Source: an uncultured Candidatus Saccharibacteria bacterium
GTDB taxonomy: Bacteria > Patescibacteriota > Saccharimonadia > Saccharimonadales > CAYVSP01
NCBI GenBank assembly: GCA_964453655.1
Contig: CAYVSP010000001.1
Location: forward strand, 645-64,644
Reading direction: 5' to 3'
Length of the DNA: 64,000 nucleotides
The notes beneath the pieces are model-generated. The model made no database searches. It worked only from the letters and a program-made list of their open reading frames with translations, and was not told where the DNA came from. Both the position numbers and the translations under genes were made by a program. Below are positions 17,484-26,416 of this stretch, piece by piece (positions within the stretch are counted from its first letter, which is position 1; each line of letters opens with the position of its first letter).

Positions 17484-19133
17484 TTAGAAATGTTCCCTGA
17501 TGTGTTTCATTGAATATTCCCAATCACTGGTGACTTTGACATGCGGATTAAAAATGTTGTCGGGATCAAAAATGTCCTTAAGCTCTTTGAAATAGCCCAC
17601 CACCTCTTTGCCGTACATTTGCTTAAGCCATGGTCCGCGAATCAGTCCGTCATTATGTTCACCGGAGAGCGACCCTTTATAGCTAAGTACCAGCTCATTG
17701 ACTTCCCGCATAGCTGGCTCAAGTTTGGCACGTTCTTTAGGATCCTCAATTTTCATGAGTGGGATGATATGAAAGTTGCCGTCGCCCATGTGGCCAGCTA
17801 CGGTTGCTTGCAGTTTGTACTTATTCACAATTTTGCGAAGTTTTGGCAAAAACGCTGGCAAGTGATAGGGCGGTACAACTAAGTCGTCAATAAACGGTGC
17901 AGTATGCTTGTCTTTGACTTTCTTTCTAAGTAGATTAAAACTTTCACGGCGCATAATCCTGAATTTCCAAGATTTATTTGCTGTTTCATCTTCTTCCATG
18001 GCCTCCAATTTATAAGGCTCCAGAATCTTTTTAAGATTATTTAGCTTTTGGGTTACTTCGGCTTGGCTTTTGCCAGTAAACTCCACCAGCAGGATAAGCT
18101 TTGGAATACCTTTAAAAAGAATCAGCGCATCAGGTAATAACTGGAATGCTAGCTTAATCATTTTTCGCCACCCCAAAGTTTTGCGAAAGAACGGGAAAAA
18201 CTTAATTGAAAGGTCGAGTGTATAGTTATCAAACGACTCAAAACTGGTTGGGTGCTGCGTCATTACAGTATTAATAATGTCGCCGAGTCCATCCATCGAT
18301 TTCATAAAACAGACCAACACACCAGAATATGGTTCTTTTGGCACAAGCTTAAACTTGATGTCGGTTATAAATCCTAGAGTCCCTTGCGAGCCAACAAACG
18401 CTTTGGTGAGATCAAATATCCCTTTTTGGCGATCCCAAATATCCCACAAATTGTATCCCGTCGAGTTTTTGGATACAGCCGGCTTTGCTTGCTTAATAGC
18501 GTCATAATTATTATTAACCAACTTAAAGACCTTGCGATAAACACTACCTTCAAAGTCTTTCCGTTTCATTTTTTTATCCAGTTCAGTCTTGTTAAGTGGC
18601 CGAATATTGTACTCGTTGCCATCAGCCAAGACCACTTTGAGTTCGTCCACGTAGTTTATGGTTTTTCCATAACGCAAACTCATTTCACCACCTGAGTTAT
18701 TGGCTACCATGCCGCCGACCGTGCAGAGTTCGCGCGAGGCCGGAAAACTGGGCATAAGAGCTTTTCGTTTTAGGGTTTTAGGCTCAAAATCGCGATAATA
18801 GACGCCTGGTTGCACGTGTGCACGACTGCTTGTGACTGACTCTATTCGGTTAAAATGCTTGGTGAAATCTAAAAGTATGGACTCGCTGAGAGCAGCACCC
18901 GACATATCGGTGCCAGCGCTTCGTGCTGTCAGGGAAAGTTGAGGATTGCGATCCTTATGAGTGGTCACGAATCGCACAATCGTCTGTACATCGTTAACAT
19001 CCTTCGGAGCAATTACTGCTGCCGGCTTTACTTCAAACAGGCTGGCATCGTGGCTATATGTTTCTCGAGTTGCCTCACTATCATCAATTTCTCCGCGGAT
19101 ATTATCCTGGAGGTCTCGTTTGAGACTTATCAT
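17484..19133 (-). CDS. FAD-binding PCMH-type oxidoreductase with an FAD-linked-oxidase C-terminal domain (GlcD / D-lactate dehydrogenase-like).
   Basis: N-terminal FAD-binding domain (ARSAGTDMSGAA...GGMVANNSGGE) and C-terminal ...GHMGDGNFH...GSLSGEHNDG. It is paralogous to 53129..54769. Confidence 0.8.
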   Translation of the reverse strand: MISLKRDLQDNIRGEIDDSEATRETYSHDASLFEVKPAAVIAPKDVNDVQTIVRFVTTHKDRNPQLSLTARSAGTDMSGAALSESILLDFTKHFNRIESVTSSRAHVQPGVYYRDFEPKTLKRKALMPSFPASRELCTVGGMVANNSGGEMSLRYGKTINYVDELKVVLADGNEYNIRPLNKTELDKKMKRKDFEGSVYRKVFKLVNNNYDAIKQAKPAVSKNSTGYNLWDIWDRQKGIFDLTKAFVGSQGTLGFITDIKFKLVPKEPYSGVLVCFMKSMDGLGDIINTVMTQHPTSFESFDNYTLDLSIKFFPFFRKTLGWRKMIKLAFQLLPDALILFKGIPKLILLVEFTGKSQAEVTQKLNNLKKILEPYKLEAMEEDETANKSWKFRIMRRESFNLLRKKVKDKHTAPFIDDLVVPPYHLPAFLPKLRKIVNKYKLQATVAGHMGDGNFHIIPLMKIEDPKERAKLEPAMREVNELVLSYKGSLSGEHNDGLIRGPWLKQMYGKEVVGYFKELKDIFDPDNIFNPHVKVTSDWEYSMKHIREHF

Positions 19134-19206
19134 ACGATTAGCTTAACCGTTATCAATTGCGGTCGCAAGTTGCTTGTGCTTAATCAGCACGCTACACTTT
19201 AAAGTA

Positions 19207-20427
19207 ATGGCAAAACGAAACATTCGTCTGGTTATCGTCGGTGGCGGCTTTGGCGGTATTAAGTTAGTACGTTCACTGGCCGATATTGATGGCATCCATA
19301 TAACCCTCATATCCGATCGCGCTTTTTTCCGCTATTCACCGGCTTTATACCGAACAGCCACCGGACATCGTAATAAAGAATCGAATGTATCTATTAAGGT
19401 GCTCCTGAAAGGCATATCAAACGTACACTTCGTTACAGCGCGGGCCACTAAAATTAATCGCCAGAAAAGGTTGATTACAACGGCTGGCAACACTACCTTC
19501 GAGTACGATTATGCCGTCCTGGCGCTTGGCGTTGTTACAAGTTACTTTGGTATAGATGGTCTTGAGCAGTACGCCTATGGCATAAAATCAGCCGAGGAGG
19601 TAGATAAGCTACGCGCCCACCTGCACCAAGAGCTTGTTAATGGGGAGGCTTTTGACAAAAACTATGTAGTAGTTGGCGGTGGCCCAACAGGAGTTGAGTT
19701 GTCAGCTGCGCTGGTTTATTACCTCAACCGCATGGCTAAACGCCATCATATTAAAGAGCACAAGATACACCTTGAACTAATTGAAGCTGCGCACCGCTTG
19801 CTTCCCAACAGCTCTCGTTTAGGCTCTGCACTGGCACGCAAACGCTTAACTAAGCTAGGTGTCAACGTGGTAACAAATTGTCGTGTCCAAGGCGAAACAA
19901 AATCAACATTAATGGCAAACGGCAAATCAATCCCAACCCAAACAGTCGTCTGGACAGCTGGCGTTACTAATAATCCCTTTTTTCTAGCAAATGCCGCCCA
20001 ATTCCAACTTAATGAGCATCGAAAAGTGGTGGTTGATGGATACCTGCGTGTTGATGAGCGCACATTTGTGATTGGTGACAATGCGGCAACACCATATAGT
20101 GGTTTGGCTCTGACAGCAATCCATGATGGCACTTATGTTGCCCGCTACCTCAAGCAAACACTGCATCATAGAGTAATTGAGCCATATAAAGCTTCTACGC
20201 CCATTTCCGCAGTACCGATTGGTCCGCGCTACGCCATTGTGAACTGGCGCGGCCATACCTTTGGAGGCTTTACGGCATCACTTGTAAGGCTGTTTGCTGA
20301 TCTTATAGGCTATACAGATATTATGGGGGTACGTCGAGCAGTTGGTATGTGGCTAAAACGATACGAATATGAGGAAAGGTGTCCTATTTGTAATGCGCTT
20401 ACGCTAAGTGACGTCATGAACGATTAA
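19207..20427 (+). CDS. ndh: Type II NADH:quinone oxidoreductase (NDH-2).
   Basis: Two Rossmann motifs, IVGGGFGG (FAD) and VVGGGPTGVE (NADH), with NDH-2 length and architecture. Start set at MAKRN. Confidence 0.8.
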   Translation: MAKRNIRLVIVGGGFGGIKLVRSLADIDGIHITLISDRAFFRYSPALYRTATGHRNKESNVSIKVLLKGISNVHFVTARATKINRQKRLITTAGNTTFEYDYAVLALGVVTSYFGIDGLEQYAYGIKSAEEVDKLRAHLHQELVNGEAFDKNYVVVGGGPTGVELSAALVYYLNRMAKRHHIKEHKIHLELIEAAHRLLPNSSRLGSALARKRLTKLGVNVVTNCRVQGETKSTLMANGKSIPTQTVVWTAGVTNNPFFLANAAQFQLNEHRKVVVDGYLRVDERTFVIGDNAATPYSGLALTAIHDGTYVARYLKQTLHHRVIEPYKASTPISAVPIGPRYAIVNWRGHTFGGFTASLVRLFADLIGYTDIMGVRRAVGMWLKRYEYEERCPICNALTLSDVMND

Positions 20428-20445
20428 GGTATACTTGGATTAGAA

Positions 20446-21111
20446 ATGGACACTACAACAAAACATCCTGAAAAATTTGAACCCCTGTGGCACGTTCAGT
20501 TAGCCGTCTTGTGCGCAATTGGCTTACAGATAGTACTAATTGATAAATTAACGGCAGGCCCTAAATATATAATTGCCGGCCTTGAGTTTGTTCTTTTGAT
20601 TATTTTGTCAATCACCACACATGATGCACTCATTTATAAAAGCGGTAGCTTGAGACGCTTGGTTGGGATTATAATGACTGGCTTGATTTCGATGGCTAAC
20701 ATTACCTCTCTCATCTTAGTGCTTAACTATTTGCTCACTAAGTCCCATCATATCGATGGCCGCACGCTCATTTTCTCGGCGATAGCCATTTTTCTTACCA
20801 ACATTATTATGTTTGGCTTATGGTACTGGGAGTTGGATGGCGGCGGACCGGGCGGGCGTGGCACGCACAGGCCGCCGGTGGATTTTCTGTTTCCTCAGAT
20901 GAATATTTCGTACAAAGTTACTGAGCAAGAAAATTGGCAACCCACTTTTTTTGATTACCTATACGTATCCATTACTAATGCGACCGCTTTTAGTCCGACC
21001 GACACATTGCCCATTACACATAGAGCTAAATTACTGATGAGTATTCAAAGTATAGCTTCATTACTGACTGTCGCTTTGGTGGCGGCGCGGGCAATTAATA
21101 TCCTAGCTTAA
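20446..21111 (+). CDS. Membrane protein (DUF1345-like).
   Basis: Four or five TM helices with a GGGPGGRG loop. The family assignment is tentative. Confidence 0.4.
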   Translation: MDTTTKHPEKFEPLWHVQLAVLCAIGLQIVLIDKLTAGPKYIIAGLEFVLLIILSITTHDALIYKSGSLRRLVGIIMTGLISMANITSLILVLNYLLTKSHHIDGRTLIFSAIAIFLTNIIMFGLWYWELDGGGPGGRGTHRPPVDFLFPQMNISYKVTEQENWQPTFFDYLYVSITNATAFSPTDTLPITHRAKLLMSIQSIASLLTVALVAARAINILA

Positions 21112-21392
21112 GAACGCGGCCAGAGTAGCTTCCCAACCACTGCCGTTAGCTCCAACCAGCCGAATTCATCGCTGTCGGTACTTTTGAGACGATTATCACC
21201 AGACACAAATATTCGCTTTTCGCTAACCTTAGTTACTCGCTTTACCTTCTCCAGTCCATTATGGCGTATAACCACTATATCTCCCTCTTTGGGCGGCAAG
21301 TACCAGCGAGTCATAATGATGACATTGCCTGGCAGTAAACGCGGCATCATACTTTCACCCTCAACACGGCGAAGCCCTAAGGGTAACTTCAT
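21108..21392 (-). CDS. sodX: Ni-superoxide dismutase maturation protease SodX (S26 signal-peptidase-like).
   Basis: GESMMP matches the S26 Ser motif GDSMxP, and there is a conserved Lys region. It lies directly downstream of sodN. Confidence 0.6.
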   Translation of the reverse strand: MKLPLGLRRVEGESMMPRLLPGNVIIMTRWYLPPKEGDIVVIRHNGLEKVKRVTKVSEKRIFVSGDNRLKSTDSDEFGWLELTAVVGKLLWPRS

Positions 21393-21395
21393 GGC

Positions 21396-21779
21396 TTACT
21401 GAGCCTTCTTGGTTTCCCAGAATATCTTACTAATCTCAGCAATCATCGCCAGCAGTTTTTTACCTTCGGCCGGATCAGAATGATGTTTGCATTCGCCGGC
21501 TTGTTTAGTCGCTTTCCAAAACTTGTCATGCAAATCAGGATATTTTTTGAGATGCTCGGGCTTGAAGTAATCAGTCCAAAGAACCCATAGGTGATGTTTT
21601 ACTAGCTCAGCTCGTTGTTCTTTAATGAAAAGCGCACGTATTTTACCCTCTTCATCAAGTTCTTTATATTTGGTCTGGATAGCATAGACGCTTTTAGCCT
21701 CTATTTCGGCCTGTACTGGATCGTACACCCCACATGGTAAATCGCAGTGCGCATATACTGGTTTAATAAATTGCTTCAT
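21396..21779 (-). CDS. sodN: Nickel-containing superoxide dismutase precursor.
   Basis: The leader MKQFIKPVYA is followed by HCDLPCGVYDP, the Ni-hook motif HCxxPCGxY. The protein is about 117 aa when mature. Confidence 0.8.
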   Translation of the reverse strand: MKQFIKPVYAHCDLPCGVYDPVQAEIEAKSVYAIQTKYKELDEEGKIRALFIKEQRAELVKHHLWVLWTDYFKPEHLKKYPDLHDKFWKATKQAGECKHHSDPAEGKKLLAMIAEISKIFWETKKAQ

Positions 21780-21815
21780 GCTCTGCCTCCTTTTCTATGA
21801 GCTAGTATAGCAATC

Positions 21816-22736
21816 TCAGGCCACACTTTTTAATCGTCTAACTTCATTTGGCGGTGGTGTAGGTGATTTAGGTTTTTTATCAAACCAATTTCTCATGAAG
21901 CCAGCTGCTTCTTCTGGCGTAAATGCATGCACCAAAGCAAAGGTGACTTCCTGTTGATCGCGTGGTTTAGCACGATCAACCATACCTTTTGCATAAAGTC
22001 GTAATATTTTATCGACTACATCTGGCTTCATGCCAAGCGGCAATGCATTACCGCTTAGCGTCGACAAACGATTGACACAAAGCTTAATCATTGCTGCGCC
22101 GCCTACACACATAGCAATGCGGTTCATACGAGTAGCCCTGTCTTCAATGCCATCCTTACCAAATTTATGTTCATAAATAACATCGATTTTCTCTGGAATG
22201 CTCAATGTTCCATTTTGAGGTCGATTCTCTAGGGCAACATTAGCATGTCTCTTGATTAAAAATTGGGAGTACACGTTTGCATACACGCCCCGAGCGGCTG
22301 ATTCAACTGCAAAATCCCTTATAACGCTGTCAGTGAAAGCCAAATTTGAAAATTGCCCTAGTATGGTTTCAACCGGCCGATATAAAGCATTGATTGCATT
22401 GGGTGACATGTAAATAATTGCGGATTCAGTCAGTGTATCTGTAACATCATCAACCGTGACCTCGAAACCGGCTCGCTCAGATGATCTATTAGCGTCAGGC
22501 ACAAGTACCGCACTACATTCTGCGCTTACAGCCCGTTGTGCTATTCGCACCTCTGTATCTGGTACAAAACTTTGCACAATGCCACGGGCTTCAGTATGAA
22601 TCGAAGGTTCTTGTAAATTTTCTAGAAAATTGTCGATATTAAAATCTTCTCCTAGAAAGCTAAGTTGTCGTCTCAGTTGGGGTAAATCGCCGGCAAAAAT
22701 TGGCTGAAAGCCTTCTCCGCCTTGCTGGGTATACAT
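21816..22736 (-). CDS. Hypothetical protein.
   Basis: 306-aa ORF between trmD and sodN. No recognisable motif. Confidence 0.4.
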   Translation of the reverse strand: MYTQQGGEGFQPIFAGDLPQLRRQLSFLGEDFNIDNFLENLQEPSIHTEARGIVQSFVPDTEVRIAQRAVSAECSAVLVPDANRSSERAGFEVTVDDVTDTLTESAIIYMSPNAINALYRPVETILGQFSNLAFTDSVIRDFAVESAARGVYANVYSQFLIKRHANVALENRPQNGTLSIPEKIDVIYEHKFGKDGIEDRATRMNRIAMCVGGAAMIKLCVNRLSTLSGNALPLGMKPDVVDKILRLYAKGMVDRAKPRDQQEVTFALVHAFTPEEAAGFMRNWFDKKPKSPTPPPNEVRRLKSVA

Positions 22737-22768
22737 AGTATATTTATAACATAAACATACTTATATTA

Positions 22769-23404
22769 CTATAGTTTTTGCTGTCGCCATTTTTCAATTT
22801 CGCCGTGGTTGCCGGTCAGTAAAACGTCAGGAACACTCAAGCCCCTAAAGTCCTCAGGGCGAGTATATTGCGGGAACTCTATTGTCTCATCATCTTGTTG
22901 AAATGATTCAATCTCAGTCGAGGCTTCACCGCCTAAAACACCCGGCAGCAATCTTACTACGCTATCTATAATAATCATGGCCGGTAATTCGCCGCCGGTA
23001 AGCACATAGTTGCCGATGCAAAACTGCTGATTAACCCATTTAACAATTCGCTCATCATAGCCTTCATAACGCGGGCAAACAAGAATTAGGCCTTTAGCCT
23101 TTGCGAGCTTCTTGGCATCTGATTGCTTGTAACTCTTGCCTCTTGGCGTTGGTAAAATAACGATTGCTTCCGGATCATTTTCTTTGGCTTTCTCTATGGC
23201 CGCTACAATCGGTTCAGGTTTTAGCAACATTCCATCGCCACCACCGTATGGCGTATCGTCTACCGTTTTACGTTTGCCAATACCAAAATCACGCAAGTTT
23301 ATATAGCTAATCTCAATAATTTTGCGGTCCTGCGCTTTCCAAAGCATGCTGGCATTAAGCACGCCAGAGAACATGTCCGGAAAAAGGGTAATTATTTGCA
23401 CTTT
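22769..23404 (-). CDS. trmD: tRNA (guanine37-N1)-methyltransferase.
   Basis: MKVQIITLFPDMF...TPYGGGDGMLLKPEP is the SPOUT/TrmD signature. Start set at MKVQ. Confidence 0.85.
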   Translation of the reverse strand, partial: KVQIITLFPDMFSGVLNASMLWKAQDRKIIEISYINLRDFGIGKRKTVDDTPYGGGDGMLLKPEPIVAAIEKAKENDPEAIVILPTPRGKSYKQSDAKKLAKAKGLILVCPRYEGYDERIVKWVNQQFCIGNYVLTGGELPAMIIIDSVVRLLPGVLGGEASTEIESFQQDDETIEFPQYTRPEDFRGLSVPDVLLTGNHGEIEKWRQQKL

Positions 23405-23429
23405 CATTGAAATTATTATACCACCTGCA

Positions 23430-23456
23430 AACAAAAAGAACCTCTGTTGAGGTTCG
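23430..23456 (-). terminator. Putative intrinsic terminator between the KH-protein gene and trmD (GAACCTC-AACA-GAGGTTC plus TTTTTGT on the minus strand).
   Basis: Perfect 7-bp inverted repeat followed by a T-run in the transcribed orientation. Confidence 0.4.
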
Positions 23457-23518
23457 TTTTGTCACATAAAGCTCCCATCTTTCGATGGCTCGCAGAGCTT
23501 TTCTTTTTGACTAACTAA

Positions 23519-23980
23519 TTATACATCAAGATCATCAAGTTCTTCAAGTTCACGACGCGTTTCACTCACAACATCGCTATGCTTGTCTTCTTCAGGCTCG
23601 ACTGCTACGTCTTCGCCTGCATCTTCATCCGTATTATTATCCTGATCGTCATTTGATGAGCTATCAGGCTGCTCACCTTCGTGATTTGAGCTGTCTGCCT
23701 CTCTAGGCTCACTGCGTTCTGGTCGAGGCACTCCGTTATCGACAATTTTCAGATTATAACGGGCATCATTTTTAGTTCCCAGCGCTCGCAAAAGTGTGCG
23801 CAAACTTTGAGCGGTTGCACCCCGTTTGCCGATTACCCGGCCTAAATCTTCAGGATCAACTGTGAGTTCAAGCAGTACGCCTTTTTCGTCAATACGCCGT
23901 TCAATTTGAACAGCGTCAGGTTTACTAACTAAGGATTTGACAACGAATTCGATAAATTGTTGGTCGATGGTAGTACTCAT
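23519..23980 (-). CDS. KH-domain RNA-binding protein (UPF0109/KhpA-like) with an acidic C-terminal tail.
   Basis: VIGKRGATAQSLRTLL carries the GXXG KH motif. The last ~60 aa are D/E-rich. Confidence 0.7.
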   Translation of the reverse strand: MSTTIDQQFIEFVVKSLVSKPDAVQIERRIDEKGVLLELTVDPEDLGRVIGKRGATAQSLRTLLRALGTKNDARYNLKIVDNGVPRPERSEPREADSSNHEGEQPDSSSNDDQDNNTDEDAGEDVAVEPEEDKHSDVVSETRRELEELDDLDV

Positions 23981-24045
23981 GGTGGCGGACTCCTCTGTTA
24001 AATCTCAGAATAATACTAGTATACCAGATTCTATTCAGTGGGTTT

Positions 24046-24597
24046 TTATTCGGTGTTGTCTGCTTCAGACTCGAGCTCAGCAGTTGCTTCTTCTGCCTCA
24101 GGTTTTTCGTTTGCTTCAGGTGTGTCTTTAGGAGACGCAGCCGGCTCAGTAGTTTCTGCTTCTGTCTTTTCCGCAGCTTCTGGTGGTTGAGTAGAAACTT
24201 CTTCGGTTTGTGCATCTGTCGCAGGTGCTTCCTTTGGCTTAGCTTCATCAGCTTTAACTTCTGACTTGGGCGCCTCAGTTCCAGCGGGACGATTTTTGCG
24301 TAATTTTTCTGGATTGCGGGTTGCGCTCTCTTTTTTGGGAGCTATTTTGACCCATTTGGGTAGCTTTACGCCTTCACTTTTTAGTAACCTTGCTACCCGC
24401 TCCGACGGTTGAGCGCCGTGTTCCAGATAAAAACTAGCTTCTTCTTTCTTTAGCTGAGCTGTCTTGGTGTGTGGATTATAACTTCCGAGCAGGGCTACAA
24501 CATTACCACTGCTAGGATGCCTATGGGCATCTTGAACAATTACGCGAAATTGAGCATGTCCTTTGCGGCCGGTTCTTTGCATACGAATAGCTAACAT
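24046..24597 (-). CDS. rpsP: 30S ribosomal protein S16 with a ~100-aa K/E/A/P-rich C-terminal extension.
   Basis: MLAIRMQRTGRKGHAQFRVIV...LGSYNP...FYLEHGAQPSERVARLL aligns with S16. A low-complexity tail follows. Confidence 0.85.
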   Translation of the reverse strand: MLAIRMQRTGRKGHAQFRVIVQDAHRHPSSGNVVALLGSYNPHTKTAQLKKEEASFYLEHGAQPSERVARLLKSEGVKLPKWVKIAPKKESATRNPEKLRKNRPAGTEAPKSEVKADEAKPKEAPATDAQTEEVSTQPPEAAEKTEAETTEPAASPKDTPEANEKPEAEEATAELESEADNTE

Positions 24598-24680
24598 GGT
24601 GCTTTAGTGTACTTCCCTTATCTAAAAATAGTAAACCAAGTTCGCCTTATTCTACAGATTACCGCCCCTGTTGTCAAACT

Positions 24681-25172
24681 CTATTCAGTAGTTCTTGTGG
24701 CCGCTAACTTCATTCGCCTAAATATGGCTACCGTAAAGTTCATATCTTGTTGTGTACCAGAAACAGATAAACTATTGTGGCGTAGCGTAAAGTTTATTCC
24801 GGTTGTAATTGTAATGTCAGTTCCTGGATGGACGGGAGTAGGGGCCGCACGTAGCACTATAAAAGATTCATTGTAGTCAAGTTCACCTGTTTCTGAGTCG
24901 ACACATTTTACCCCTTCAAGCCAAACAAATCCGATCATTTTCCCGCCATAAATATACGGAAAGCGGGGTGTCTCATGTTGTACGCCACTTTTGCCAAAAC
25001 CTGTTCCCCCTAAAGAAAGCTCTTCTAAAACACCTAGACCCTTATCGAGAGCATCTCGGCACTTTTGTTCGTCTAGCTCGGGATTGTTAGGCATAACCAA
25101 TTGATCAATGGCTTGAGTTACTGGATCATGGCTCATGAAACCACCCTCAATCTGGCCTTTTTCTGCACTCAT
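24681..25172 (-). CDS. Hypothetical protein.
   Basis: 163-aa ORF between rnc and rpsP. It is not RimM-like. Confidence 0.4.
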   Translation of the reverse strand: MSAEKGQIEGGFMSHDPVTQAIDQLVMPNNPELDEQKCRDALDKGLGVLEELSLGGTGFGKSGVQHETPRFPYIYGGKMIGFVWLEGVKCVDSETGELDYNESFIVLRAAPTPVHPGTDITITTGINFTLRHNSLSVSGTQQDMNFTVAIFRRMKLAATRTTE

Positions 25173-25218
25173 GGTTTGAAGTTTACAACAGAAAGCGATT
25201 TGTGCAACCTAAAGCAAT

Positions 25219-25914
25219 TTACTGATACGTTTTGAGGGCGGCTTCGGCGGCGGCAACTTGACCGGCTTGCTTACTTGGTCCGGTACCTTTGCCTTTGAGT
25301 TCGTTATTCACATAAACACCAACAGTAAATACCTTGTCATGGTCCGGGCCCTCTTCACTAATAACCCGATAAACCGGCGTAAAACCGTCACCACTTTGTA
25401 TCATTTCCTGTAATTGCGATTTGGGATCCTGCCAGGAGCCGGTTTTAAGGATATCCTTGAAAGTTACTACCAAACTTACTTCGATGAAACGCTTAGACAC
25501 TTCATAACCTTGATCTAAATAAAGCGCACCGACTACGGCCTCGTAACAATTAGCCAGAATCTGCGCTCGAGCGCGAGGAGTGCCTCGCTTTTCACCGCGG
25601 CTAAGCCTAAGCAATGGTTCAAAGTCGTACCGATTTGCGGCTGCTCCTATACTTTCGGTACGAACCAGCGCGCTACGCCAGTTGGTTAATACCCCCTCTG
25701 GGTCATCAAAGTTATTAAAGAGATACTCTGTAACTACTAACTCAAGTACCGCATCGCCTAAAAACTCTAGCCGTTCATTGTGCTCGCGCACGGTTTTACG
25801 ATGTTCATTAACGTAGCTGCGATGCGTGAAAGCCGTAACTAGTAGTTCTAAATTATGGAAATCAACTCCCAGCTTTTCACGGGCAAATGTCTTATAAGCG
25901 CTAAAATCTTGCAT
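25219..25914 (-). CDS. rnc: Ribonuclease III.
   Basis: ERLEFLGDAVLELVVTEYLF is the RNase III signature. A dsRBD follows at the C-terminus. Confidence 0.85.
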   Translation of the reverse strand: MQDFSAYKTFAREKLGVDFHNLELLVTAFTHRSYVNEHRKTVREHNERLEFLGDAVLELVVTEYLFNNFDDPEGVLTNWRSALVRTESIGAAANRYDFEPLLRLSRGEKRGTPRARAQILANCYEAVVGALYLDQGYEVSKRFIEVSLVVTFKDILKTGSWQDPKSQLQEMIQSGDGFTPVYRVISEEGPDHDKVFTVGVYVNNELKGKGTGPSKQAGQVAAAEAALKTYQ

Positions 25915-25915
25915 A

Positions 25916-26413
25916 CTACTTTGTTGAACGAATTTGCTTAAGTCCGAGTAAAATTATCTTGCCGATATCTTCATATTCAATTTTATCCAATGCTTCGGCA
26001 GTTGAAAACCATTTAATGCCGTTCATCCAGTCCTCCGGCTTCAGAGCATCGCTATTGCCCTTGGCTTCTACCAGAAAGATTTCGGTAGTCATGAGCACCA
26101 AGCTTGTGGCCCGGCGGTAACGAAAGTTAATCTTGCCTAGCCAGCCAAGTACTTTCATTTCTTGCAGGCCTGTTTCCTCACGAATTTCCCGTTCGGCCGT
26201 CTCGCGAGCACTTTCACCTTCCTCAATATGGCCTTTAGGAATCGTCCAACGATCTTTAGCGTCTTGAATCAGCAGTATCTGGGAATCCTTACTGTTAGGA
26301 CGGCGACGGAAAACAACGCCGCCAGCAGTTGGCTCACGTACCACTTCATTAATCGTTGGTCGGCGGCGCGATACAAAGCGCTTGAACCCCTTAATTGGCT
26401 TAGGTCGTTGCAT
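25916..26413 (-). CDS. NUDIX hydrolase.
   Basis: GHIEEGESARETAEREIREETGL is the Nudix box. Confidence 0.75.
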   Translation of the reverse strand: MQRPKPIKGFKRFVSRRRPTINEVVREPTAGGVVFRRRPNSKDSQILLIQDAKDRWTIPKGHIEEGESARETAEREIREETGLQEMKVLGWLGKINFRYRRATSLVLMTTEIFLVEAKGNSDALKPEDWMNGIKWFSTAEALDKIEYEDIGKIILLGLKQIRSTK

Positions 26414-26416
26414 AAC

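Noticed and set aside
23925-24248. 107-aa reverse-strand ORF rich in K/Q/L.
   Set aside because: It is an alternative frame through the low-complexity tail of rpsP and overlaps two well-supported genes.
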